A stretch of DNA of 64,000 bases from the NCBI GenBank assembly GCA_965243025.1, contig CBDETY010000003.1, forward strand, positions 2,912,001 through 2,976,000, given 5' to 3'. Below, in pieces: positions 19,652-28,556 of the stretch. The number at the start of each line of letters is the position of its first letter. The stretch's first letter is position 1. The stretch is from Candidatus Latescibacterota bacterium (GTDB taxonomy: Bacteria > Latescibacterota > UBA2968 > UBA8231). The position numbers were made by a program, and so were the translations under genes. Below the pieces are notes generated by a model. The model was not told where the DNA came from and did no database searches. It was given only the letters and a program-made list of their open reading frames with translations.

Positions 19652-22600
19652 TCACTCCGACGCCGTGGTCCGGATGTCCCGGGCCGGGTGCGCGCGCAGC
19701 AGCCGGAACATCAGCTCCTCCCCGCCGCTCCATTCGCCGTGGCGGGTTTCCGAACCGTACCGCTCCCACAGCGCGGACAGGGCATTCCAGTCTCCGCCCC
19801 CGGCGCGGCCGGCCATCGCCGCGGAGAGAAGGTAACCGAGCCTGTTTTTCGGCATCCGCCCGGACCGCGCCAGTATTTCCTCTGCGTTGGCCGCCATTCG
19901 AGGCGCGTTACGGGCCCCGGTCGCCGCGAACAGCGAGACCCATGCCTTGCCGACCGGGGGAAGAGCGCCGTAGCAGCGTGAGGACGCGACCATGTTCCAG
20001 ACCTCGCTCGACCCGCCCTTTCCGAGGGCGGGGTTGACCACCGTTGCCACGGTGTAGAGGGAGCCGAGCCATTGTTGCGCCTCCACCGGGTCGGAACATT
20101 CCTGGAGACCCCGCCTGCAGACCTGGGCGTCGTCCCGCAATGAGGGCGGCATCCGCTTCAGGGCGGATTCATCACCCCCTGCCAGATAGGCGCGGAGGGC
20201 GCGGGCGCTCTGAACCAGCTGCAGGAGTGCATACCCGTCCTTCGTTCCGACTCCCCCTTTTGCCGACGGAGGGCGCCACTCCCGGCTGCCCCTTCCGGAT
20301 TGCAGGAGATCGAGGACCGGAACCGGAGAGGTGCGCAGGGCCATGAGTCCGCTGGCGCTGTGATCGAGAAACCGGGATCTCACGGCGTTCAGGTCGAGAA
20401 AGGGGCGGTAATCGCTGTTCGCCGGCACCTCCCAGGAATCGAAAAACGGCTGCAGCGCCGCGCTGCCGGCGATCCTCCTCGTCTCGAGGTCGGCGACGGA
20501 GTGGATGTGGTGCCGGCGCAGCTCGCCGGCCACTCCGGCATCGGCGAACAGGGCCCCCCGGAGCTCGCCGACCGGCCCGCCCTTGCGCGCCAGGATCAGG
20601 ATGTTGGCGTTGTCGGTAGCGTACACGTCGTAGTCCGGGAAGGTGCGCGAGAGGGCGCCCATGACGGACGCGACGAGCCGCGGCTCGATTTCGTAGAGTT
20701 GCAGCCACTGGGCGAGGACTCCCCGCGGCCGCAGATGGCGCTCGGCGAGCTCGTAGAACTCCGCGGAAAAGAGGCTCGACACGCCGCTCACCCAGGGATT
20801 CGATGGCTCGGCGATCAGCAGGTCGTACTGCGCGTTCTGCGTCGACAGGAAGCTCCGGGCGTCGTCGGTGAAAATGCGGCTGCGGGGATCGGTGAAGACG
20901 CGCTCGACGTGCGGCCCGAACTTGCGGGCGGCAGCGATCACAGCCGCCTCGATTTCGATCGTGTCGACCAGCTCGAGGCTTGAGCTGCCGAGCAGGACGT
21001 GACTCGTCTGCCCCGAGCCCATACCGACGACGGCCGCGGTCCGCGCCTTCGGCCGGGCGGCAAGGGGCAGCACCGCGGAGAGAACCATGGTTATTTCGTC
21101 GCTGGCGGGATTGTCCCCTTCCGCCAGGTTGATGGAGGCCTCGGCCTTGCCGTTTGTGAATATGACGAGCCGCCCGGTCGAATACTGAACGAGATCGACG
21201 CTCGTGGTTTTGCCGTCTTTGTGGAATACGTTGGTCGCTTTCTCCGCTGAGATGAGTTCCGAGTACCGATAGACGCCGGAGGCCATCTTCAGAGGGTCGA
21301 TGTGGGCCCCTGCCAGGATGGCCGAAACAGCGGCTGCACCCGTGCCGGCCGCTATCCCCGGAACGAGCCGGGACGAACATACCGACCACAGGAGCCCCAC
21401 TCCAAGGGCGAGGTCCACTGCCGCACCGAAAGCCACGAGGCCCTTCAGTCCCAGCAGCGGCATACCGACGTGTGTCGCGGCAACTACTCCCGCAATCGCT
21501 CCGACCGTGTTGGCGGCATAAACGGCGCCGATGCTCTTTTCCCCGCCGCCTTGCTTGAGCAGCGCAAACGTGATGAGGGGCAGCGTCATGCCGGCGCAGA
21601 ACGTGGCCGGAAACATGACAAGCAGGGAAAGCGAGTGGCTGGCGATGTTGAACAGGACATACCCCTGGTCGGTCCGGCTCAACCCTTTCATTACCGCCGC
21701 CATCAGCTCGAAGCAGTTCGCGTAGACCGGCACCGTCGCCAGCGCCAGCAGACCCATGGCGATTTGTACTGCCGCGAGATAACGCACCGGCTCCACGATG
21801 CCGTCGATTCGGCCCCTGATCCAGAGACCCCCGAAGGCCAGGCCGGCGATGAAGGCGCTCAGCATCAGCTCGAATGAGTGAGTCGAGCTGCCCAGCACGA
21901 GACTGAGCATACGAATCCAGCCGATCTCGTAGACGAACGATGCAAACCCCGTCAGGGCGGCAACCCACAACATCAAGCCGTAACCGACGGTGGAACCCAG
22001 GCGTCCGGGCTCGTCGTGGCTCGTCGCCGTCTCCTCCTTCGGGAGAGGCTCGGAGACGAAGTTCACCAGGATGTAGACGACCGCGGCCACGGCCAGGTTC
22101 AGTACAGCAGCCACGACCAACGTCCCCGGAAGTCCAAGCAGTTCCACGAAAACGAACCCGCTCATCAGCACCCCCGCTGCCGCCCCGATGCTGTTGGTGA
22201 AGTAGAGGATGGAAACGGACGAGCCTGCAAGGCGCGGGAACTGGCGCACGACTCCGGCGCTCATCAGCGGGAAGGTCATGCCCAGCAGGACCGCCGGTGG
22301 CAGAATCAGCAGCCCCGACAAGATCAGCTTCAGGCCCCCTACCCCTGCCGGAAAACCCACGGCGGGCATCAGGCTGATGTAAGACAGCTGCGTGAGACCT
22401 GCGAAGAGAGGGTGAAAGAGCAGTCCCAGAACGCCGATAGCCGCTTCGGCTATCGCGTACCAGCGCAGCAGGCGGTGCAAGCGGGTCGAGTAGCGGCTCG
22501 CCAGCCAGGAGCCCAGTGAAAGCCCTCCCATGAACAGGGCGATCACCAGAGTCTGGGCGTAGGCGGAGTGCCCGAGGAAGAGGCTGAGGTAGCGACTCCA

Positions 22601-22675
22601 GATCGACTCGTAGATGAGCCCGGCGAAGCCGGACACCGCGAAGGAGAGGAACAGCGTGAAGCGCAGCAGTTTCAC
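19652..22675 (-). CDS. fused MFS-like membrane / spermidine synthase-like methyltransferase-fold protein
   Basis: SGFAGLIYESIWSR and LLGMTFP TM repeats, followed by SAM-fold motifs VVGMGSG, EIE, DAR and YDLLIAEPSNPW. Confidence 0.88.
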   Translation of the reverse strand: MKLLRFTLFLSFAVSGFAGLIYESIWSRYLSLFLGHSAYAQTLVIALFMGGLSLGSWLASRYSTRLHRLLRWYAIAEAAIGVLGLLFHPLFAGLTQLSYISLMPAVGFPAGVGGLKLILSGLLILPPAVLLGMTFPLMSAGVVRQFPRLAGSSVSILYFTNSIGAAAGVLMSGFVFVELLGLPGTLVVAAVLNLAVAAVVYILVNFVSEPLPKEETATSHDEPGRLGSTVGYGLMLWVAALTGFASFVYEIGWIRMLSLVLGSSTHSFELMLSAFIAGLAFGGLWIRGRIDGIVEPVRYLAAVQIAMGLLALATVPVYANCFELMAAVMKGLSRTDQGYVLFNIASHSLSLLVMFPATFCAGMTLPLITFALLKQGGGEKSIGAVYAANTVGAIAGVVAATHVGMPLLGLKGLVAFGAAVDLALGVGLLWSVCSSRLVPGIAAGTGAAAVSAILAGAHIDPLKMASGVYRYSELISAEKATNVFHKDGKTTSVDLVQYSTGRLVIFTNGKAEASINLAEGDNPASDEITMVLSAVLPLAARPKARTAAVVGMGSGQTSHVLLGSSSLELVDTIEIEAAVIAAARKFGPHVERVFTDPRSRIFTDDARSFLSTQNAQYDLLIAEPSNPWVSGVSSLFSAEFYELAERHLRPRGVLAQWLQLYEIEPRLVASVMGALSRTFPDYDVYATDNANILILARKGGPVGELRGALFADAGVAGELRRHHIHSVADLETRRIAGSAALQPFFDSWEVPANSDYRPFLDLNAVRSRFLDHSASGLMALRTSPVPVLDLLQSGRGSREWRPPSAKGGVGTKDGYALLQLVQSARALRAYLAGGDESALKRMPPSLRDDAQVCRRGLQECSDPVEAQQWLGSLYTVATVVNPALGKGGSSEVWNMVASSRCYGALPPVGKAWVSLFAATGARNAPRMAANAEEILARSGRMPKNRLGYLLSAAMAGRAGGGDWNALSALWERYGSETRHGEWSGGEELMFRLLRAHPARDIRTTASE

Positions 22676-22789
22676 GCTGTTCCTCTCCTTCGATCGCCGG
22701 GGTCGGAGACGGCGCTACTGAACCATCTGAAGGAGGCGGCGGGTTGTCCAGCCTGTGCGGCTGCTGCCGGTCTGATCGCTCCCAAATAC

Positions 22790-24271
22790 CTACCCTGCCG
22801 GTTCGTCGCCGTACTTGCGCTGCAGCCGTTCGAGTTCGCCGTGCAAGTAACGTTGCACCTTGGCGTAGGCTGGGTGGTCGTAAATATTGCTCAACTCGTC
22901 GGGGTCTTTTTGCAGGTCGAACATTTCCCAGTAGGGGTCGAGCTGCGGTGATTCGGCCGAGCCGCGCCACTGGGTCTCGTCCGGACCCGGGGTGTAGAAG
23001 TGGACGAGCTTGTGGTGCGGGGTTCGCACGCCATAGTGGGCGCAGACATTGTGCCCCCCGTGATTCCAGTAACGATAATAGAAGGAGTTCTGCCAGTCAC
23101 CCTGCGGTTGTCCGCGCAGCATCGCCCGGGCGGAGACACCCTGCATCTGGTCGGGAATGTCAATGCCGGCGTAGTCCAGCAGCGTTGGGGCGAAGTCGAG
23201 ATTGGTCAGAATCTCATCGCGAACGCTTCCCGCCGGCACCTCGGCAGGGAGACGCAACAAGAAAGGCATGCGCAGCGAGTGCTCGTAAATGAATCGCTTG
23301 TCGTACCAGCCGTGATCGCCGAGGAAGAAACCCTGATCGCTGGTGTAGACCACCAGAGTATTGTCCTGGAGTCCGGCATTTGAAAGGTAGTCAAGCAGCC
23401 GGCCGACAGATGCGTCAACGCTGGCGACACAGCGCAGGTAGTCCTTCATGTATCGCTGGTAGTACCAGTCTTTGAGCGCCGCTTCGTCGAGTGCATCCGG
23501 CGGGTCGGCTTTGACATCCTCGTGGAGGAGGTCGCCAAGGATGCACATTTTTGCAGCGGCGGCGGCGGGACGCGTGGCGTAATCGTCGTCGAAGGTCGCC
23601 GGGTGCGGCACTCGCTCGTCTTCGTACAGGTGCTTGTAACGCTCTCCCGGGGTCCACGGCCGATGCGGCGCCTTGTGGTGCACGCACAGGAAAAAGGGTT
23701 TGTCGGGGTCGCGGCGCTGCGTCAGCCAGTGCAGTGACAGATCGGTGATGACGTCACTGCAGTAGCCCTCGACGACCATGGGGCCGCCCGGGGTGTGGAA
23801 TGCCGGGTTTTCATACAGGCCCTGGCTGGGAAATGTTGCCCAGTCATCAAAACCCGCCGGCGAGGCGGGTACGGCGTCGGGGTGGTCGGAATCGTTGAGT
23901 ATGGGGGTCTGAAGGTTGTCCTGTTCCGTACTGACCTCGTGGGTCAGCCCGGAACCCAGGTGCCATTTGCCGAAAAGCGCAGTCGTGTAACCGGACGAGC
24001 GCAGGAGCTTCTGCAGTTGAATCGGACGGCGGTTGTCCAACGGCTGCCATTCGCGGACCCCGGTAATGTGACCGTATTGACCGGTGAGAATCGTCGCCCG
24101 GCTGGGAGTGCAGATCGCGTTGGTGCAAAAGCAGTTGTTGAGTCGCACCCCGCCATTTGCGATGCGATCGATATGGGGCGTTTCGTTGACCGCGCTGCCG
24201 TACGCCGAGATGGCGTGGGCGGCGTGATCATCGCTCATGATGAATAGAATGTTCGGTCGCTGATGCGACAT
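22790..24271 (-). CDS. sulfatase (formylglycine-dependent, N-acetylglucosamine-6-sulfatase-like)
   Basis: PNILFIMSDDH, CTPSR (CxPxR), GKWHLG, HKAPH and YTSDQGFFLGDHGWYDKR. Confidence 0.93.
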   Translation of the reverse strand: MSHQRPNILFIMSDDHAAHAISAYGSAVNETPHIDRIANGGVRLNNCFCTNAICTPSRATILTGQYGHITGVREWQPLDNRRPIQLQKLLRSSGYTTALFGKWHLGSGLTHEVSTEQDNLQTPILNDSDHPDAVPASPAGFDDWATFPSQGLYENPAFHTPGGPMVVEGYCSDVITDLSLHWLTQRRDPDKPFFLCVHHKAPHRPWTPGERYKHLYEDERVPHPATFDDDYATRPAAAAAKMCILGDLLHEDVKADPPDALDEAALKDWYYQRYMKDYLRCVASVDASVGRLLDYLSNAGLQDNTLVVYTSDQGFFLGDHGWYDKRFIYEHSLRMPFLLRLPAEVPAGSVRDEILTNLDFAPTLLDYAGIDIPDQMQGVSARAMLRGQPQGDWQNSFYYRYWNHGGHNVCAHYGVRTPHHKLVHFYTPGPDETQWRGSAESPQLDPYWEMFDLQKDPDELSNIYDHPAYAKVQRYLHGELERLQRKYGDEPAG

Positions 24272-24796
24272 CCTGCCTCTTCCCGGCTGAAACGGAAGCT
24301 TGCCGGGGCACTCAGGGGTGCCGGGCTCAATTCCGTGAGCTCCACGAAGGAATCGACTCGCCGTGCGCTTCGTAGAGTGGCGACTGACCTGAATCTCTCG
24401 TATGGAGTCGAAGAAGACCTCAACGGTGCGGCTTGTTTGGCCTCCCTAGAGACCGCTTGGACCTCGCGACACCAACCCGGCCTACAGTCCGGTATTCTTC
24501 AAGGGTAACCTGGGGCTCGTACTGAAGATTCATGAGCGTGTGGGTGTAGAGCCCGGCTTCTCGGCGGCCGAAATATAGGACCGTATCCCCCGCGATGGCA
24601 GGGTTCGGTTTCACCCGTTCGGCTCGCCCTCACAGATTCACAGGCGCGGCTTTCCACTGGCCGCTTTTTTTGCAATTTTGGGAGGGTCCTCCGTTTTGGT
24701 TTTCTTCGGGACAGTCGCGGGAGCGGCAACCTCGCAGTGGAAGGTTCCAGCCTGCTTTCTGGTGATTACCGGGGAAAAAAGGAGACCGATGGCGGC

Positions 24797-25797
24797 ATGG
24801 CGTTGATGCAGGACTGGCTTGTCACCGACTACGACCGCGAAATCATCGAGCGTGAACTCGACAGCTTCGTGCCCCCCGAGGTATTCGACGCCCACGCTCA
24901 CCTCTATTCCCTCACTCATTTTCACGAAGACGCCGATCTGGCATTTCTCCCGGGTGGACCGACAACGGTCGGCTTGGAGGAGTACTATCGCGGGATCGAT
25001 GAGATCATGCCGCGATGTTCGGTAGACGCTCTTTTCTTCGCTTTTCCCCGGCTGCCGGTAGACTTCGCCGCAATCAACGAGTTCGTGGCGAAGGAAGTGA
25101 GCAAGCGGCCCCGCTCCCGGGCAGAAATGCTGGTCCGCCCCTCCCACGACCCGGAGTACATTCGAGAGACCGTCCGCTCGGGAGGCTTTGTCGGCCTCAA
25201 ACCCTACCATCTTTTTTCCACCCGCACTCCGACACAGGCGTCCAGGATCGAGGAGTTCCTCCCGGAGCAGCAGGTTCGAGTCGCCCACCAGGAGGGGCTC
25301 GTCGTCACGCTGCACATCGTACGGCCGCGAGCCCTCGCCGACCCGGCAAATCAGGAGACGATTCGCCGATACGCCGAAAAGTACCCCGATATGAGGCTGA
25401 TCCTTGCCCACGCCGCCAGGGGATTCAACCCGCACCATACCATCGAGGGAATCCGTGCTTTGTCCGGCCTGGGCAACGTGTATTTCGACACATCGGCGGT
25501 GGCCGACCCGGGCGCCAACGAAGCGATCATCCAGACCATGGGACACCATAGCCTTTTATTCGGGTCGGATTACCCCGTTACGCACCAGCGCGGCAGACCT
25601 GTGGCGGCTGGCGACGACTATCACTGGGTGTTTCCGAAAACCTAAAGACCGAGCAATGGGGTGGAATGGCCCGGCCGACGATGATAGGAATCGAGTCGCT
25701 GAGAGCCTTGAAAATCACTGCCATGACCCTCAGGCTCACCGACGCTCAGATCGAGGACATCTTCCACAACAACGCCGTGCGGCTTCTGCGCCTGTGA
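24797..25797 (+). pseudogene. amidohydrolase family (amidohydrolase_2-like) gene with a frameshift near 25635
   Basis: FDAHAH, GLKPY, LILAH, NVYFDTS and LLFGSDYP in frame until TAA at 25643-25645. The -1 frame continues ENLKTEQ...IEDIFHNNAVRLLRL to TGA at 25795-25797, which is the expected family C-terminus. This could be a sequencing indel. Confidence 0.75.
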
Positions 25798-25869
25798 CCG
25801 CGATTTCCGGCGACGCTGTAACCGCGCTGTGACTGCCTGCTCGCGGGGGCGAATTCGGGGGAAGTCACC

Positions 25870-27057
25870 GTGAGCCAACAGATCGTATTGGGCTGCGGGA
25901 ACTGTATCGACTATGAAGTTTCATGGGACTCCCGGGTGCTCGAACGGCTGATTGCGGAGCATGGTATAGGGGCCTGCGAAACAGGGACCGGGGGACCGAT
26001 ATCCAGCACCCGGGACCTGGTTGTATCGATACTCGGTTATTTGAAGAGCGGAACCGGTGGCGGACACTTTGTGGATTCCCCCTCGGTCATCGAGGACTTC
26101 GCCGGCCTCTTCCAGAAGAAGGTCACCATGGGGGGAACGGCGGTTCGGGCGGCGATCGCCATGGGGAAGCTGGGACACACTTCCGCCCTGCATCTGGTGA
26201 CTGTCAGCGACGAGGTGCGCAAACAGATTCCGCGGAACTGTCCCTGGGTTTGCAGCAGCAAAAAGGACAGCTCATACCCTCACCTGATCGTGCAATTCCC
26301 CAAGGACGCACGCGTTCGGGTCGGAAATCTCGTTATCAAGGCACCCCGGGCGAACCGCGTCATCTACGAGAACGATCCCGACAATACCGCCATGGAGCTT
26401 GATCCAGGGCTGGCTTCCCTCGCTTCCGATGCCCGGGTGTTCCTGGTTTCCGGGTTCAACGCCATGCGAAACCGCGCACTCCTGGCCGACAGAATGGAAG
26501 CGCTCGTGAAAGTCCTCGCCTCCATTCCCGCCGATGCACTGGTTTTCTACGAGGATGCCAGTTTCCACGAACCCGCATTGGCCTGGCAGGTCCGCGATGC
26601 CCTGGTCAACTCGATCGACATCTTCAGCCTCAATGAGGACGAAATGACGGGATACCTGGGCAGAAAGGTCGCGCTGCTGGATCCGGTCGAGGTGCATTGC
26701 GCCTTGAGGGAGCTGCATCGGTTGCTCCCCGTTCCGGCGCTGCTGGTACATACCCGGTATTGGGCCCTGGCCTTCGGACCGGATGCCGGCCGCTACCAGA
26801 GGCCCTTGAAAGGCGGAATCACCATGGCGGCCACACGGCTCCGCTTCGGCGATGACTTCGCCCCCTCGGACTATCGGGAAACGGAAGGATTGCCCGAGGA
26901 GCCATTGGGAAAGGAGTTTGCCGAGGCTCTCGGCGTGGAGGCTGGAGACGCTGTCTGCTGTCTCCCTTCGGTTGAGATAGGGGAAAGTGTTGCGACGACG
27001 GTCGGTTTGGGAGATGCCTTTGTGGGAGGAGCGCTCCCGAAACTGGCTCAGATGTAG
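25870..27057 (+). CDS. ADP-dependent glucokinase/phosphofructokinase family protein
   Basis: N-terminal GCGNCID, MGGTA, SLNEDE, LVHT and the C-terminal ribokinase-fold motif TVGLGDAFVGG. Confidence 0.75.
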   Translation: MSQQIVLGCGNCIDYEVSWDSRVLERLIAEHGIGACETGTGGPISSTRDLVVSILGYLKSGTGGGHFVDSPSVIEDFAGLFQKKVTMGGTAVRAAIAMGKLGHTSALHLVTVSDEVRKQIPRNCPWVCSSKKDSSYPHLIVQFPKDARVRVGNLVIKAPRANRVIYENDPDNTAMELDPGLASLASDARVFLVSGFNAMRNRALLADRMEALVKVLASIPADALVFYEDASFHEPALAWQVRDALVNSIDIFSLNEDEMTGYLGRKVALLDPVEVHCALRELHRLLPVPALLVHTRYWALAFGPDAGRYQRPLKGGITMAATRLRFGDDFAPSDYRETEGLPEEPLGKEFAEALGVEAGDAVCCLPSVEIGESVATTVGLGDAFVGGALPKLAQM

Positions 27058-27101
27058 GACTTCACCGCAAAGCTGCTATCCCGGCACAGCGCACCCGTTG
27101 C

Positions 27102-28541
27102 TCATCCCGCAATGGTCCTCAGGCTCGTGCCGTTGAATACCGCCCTTCCTCCTTCCGAGACGAACAGCCCGGCTGAACCCTCTTTCAAATCGTACACCCG
27201 CCCGCTCAACACGACGTCGTCGTTCACGCATACACAGATGACCGTGTCGGAAACAACGACCCGAATCACCGCGCGATCACCGGAAAGTCGCAATGGCCGC
27301 TCCATCCACGGGTAGTCCCAGCCCCGCCGCCAGCGGTCGAAGGTGAGCAAGCCCGAACCCGGCTGGATGCAAACCAGATAGGTGTCATCCAAATCCTTTT
27401 TTGCTCGCACCAGCACGCCTATCGCCTTGGTGCCTGCAATCCACTCGGCGGTGGTCTCAAGTATGCAGGTTCCCGGCGCCGTTCCCAGCAACAGAGCGCT
27501 GAAACCATCCCGCGCCTCTGCTGCAATCCGACCTTCCGCGACGTTCCAATTACCCGTCGAGGGCGCCGGGGCAAGCGGCACCGCGGTAGAGAACGCGTCC
27601 TGGATTTCCGCAGGAATCCGGGCGGCAAGCGTTCCGTCAGAACGCTGAACCAGTTCGTGCGCCATCAGACAGCCGCCGTGAAGGTATCTGCCGTCGTCAC
27701 TGTCCTCCTCTTTCCCGCTCGTCCAGCCGAATAGGATCCGGCGCGCCCCGTCGGTCGCGGTCTTTGCCGCGTAGAATGCCCTGCCGTCGAAACAGTCATC
27801 GGCAGGGGCGATCCACGGCCCACGCGGGTCCCGCGCCATGCGGTAGCGGGTGATCCAGACATCGTGATATTGTGAGAAGATGAGGTACCACCACTCGCCG
27901 ATGCGGAACAGGTCGGGACACTCGGTCGTGTCGAACAGCCCAGGTGACCAGATGGGGTCCTGCGTCCGCCATTCGACGAGATCCCGCGAAGTTAAAAGCG
28001 CCGTACATCCCAGGCGTCCGTGGGGGTCAGGATGGAGAATGCTGCTTCCATCCCGGGGAACCTCGTCGGTGGTGTCTTTCTTCACCTGGGCGGCGAGCAC
28101 CATCCAGTACTCCCCCGCCTCGTCGTTCCAGATTACGCAGGGGTCCCGCCAGGCGACCGCGCCGTACCTGGAAAGGTCGGGAGGCAATCGCCAATCTGGA
28201 TCTTTGGTCCAGGAGATCAGGTCGGGGCTCGTAGCGTGCAGTTGAACCCAGTCGAACCTGCCTGGGATATCGCGCCAGTTCGCGTTGTGGCCGGTGTAGA
28301 AGGCGTGAAAGGTTCCACCCTTTTCGATGACGCAGCCGGTTGCCACGGCGTGATCCTGGCTGCCCTCCCCTCCCGAGGGTATGGCGGTACCGTGATCCGC
28401 AAAGTCGACGAGGTTCGTCGTGCTCAGGTGGCGCCAGGAGCAGGGTCTGCCTTCGAGGTAGAACAAGTTCCACGCACCGTTGGCGTACAGCGGTATGAAG
28501 TCCCCGCTCTTTCCCTCTTCTGGCTCCGGGTAGATTCTCAT
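27102..28541 (-). CDS. glycoside hydrolase family 32 (beta-fructofuranosidase-like)
   Basis: GDFIP (nucleophile region), ATG, WRDP, ECPDLF, FYAAK and a C-terminal beta-sandwich. Confidence 0.85.
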   Translation of the reverse strand: MRIYPEPEEGKSGDFIPLYANGAWNLFYLEGRPCSWRHLSTTNLVDFADHGTAIPSGGEGSQDHAVATGCVIEKGGTFHAFYTGHNANWRDIPGRFDWVQLHATSPDLISWTKDPDWRLPPDLSRYGAVAWRDPCVIWNDEAGEYWMVLAAQVKKDTTDEVPRDGSSILHPDPHGRLGCTALLTSRDLVEWRTQDPIWSPGLFDTTECPDLFRIGEWWYLIFSQYHDVWITRYRMARDPRGPWIAPADDCFDGRAFYAAKTATDGARRILFGWTSGKEEDSDDGRYLHGGCLMAHELVQRSDGTLAARIPAEIQDAFSTAVPLAPAPSTGNWNVAEGRIAAEARDGFSALLLGTAPGTCILETTAEWIAGTKAIGVLVRAKKDLDDTYLVCIQPGSGLLTFDRWRRGWDYPWMERPLRLSGDRAVIRVVVSDTVICVCVNDDVVLSGRVYDLKEGSAGLFVSEGGRAVFNGTSLRTIAG

Positions 28542-28556
28542 GGGCCGGCCTCGCTG

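Noticed and set aside
24490-24650. tmRNA, 6S RNA or riboswitch
   Set aside because: GGGGCT and hairpin-like stretches are present, but I could not match the diagnostic motifs of any of these RNAs.
24789-24808. Mini-ORF MAAWR after AAGGAG, overlapping an ATG of the amidohydrolase (TGATG)
   Set aside because: Too short to distinguish from chance; in-frame ATGs at 24797 and 24806 explain the start.
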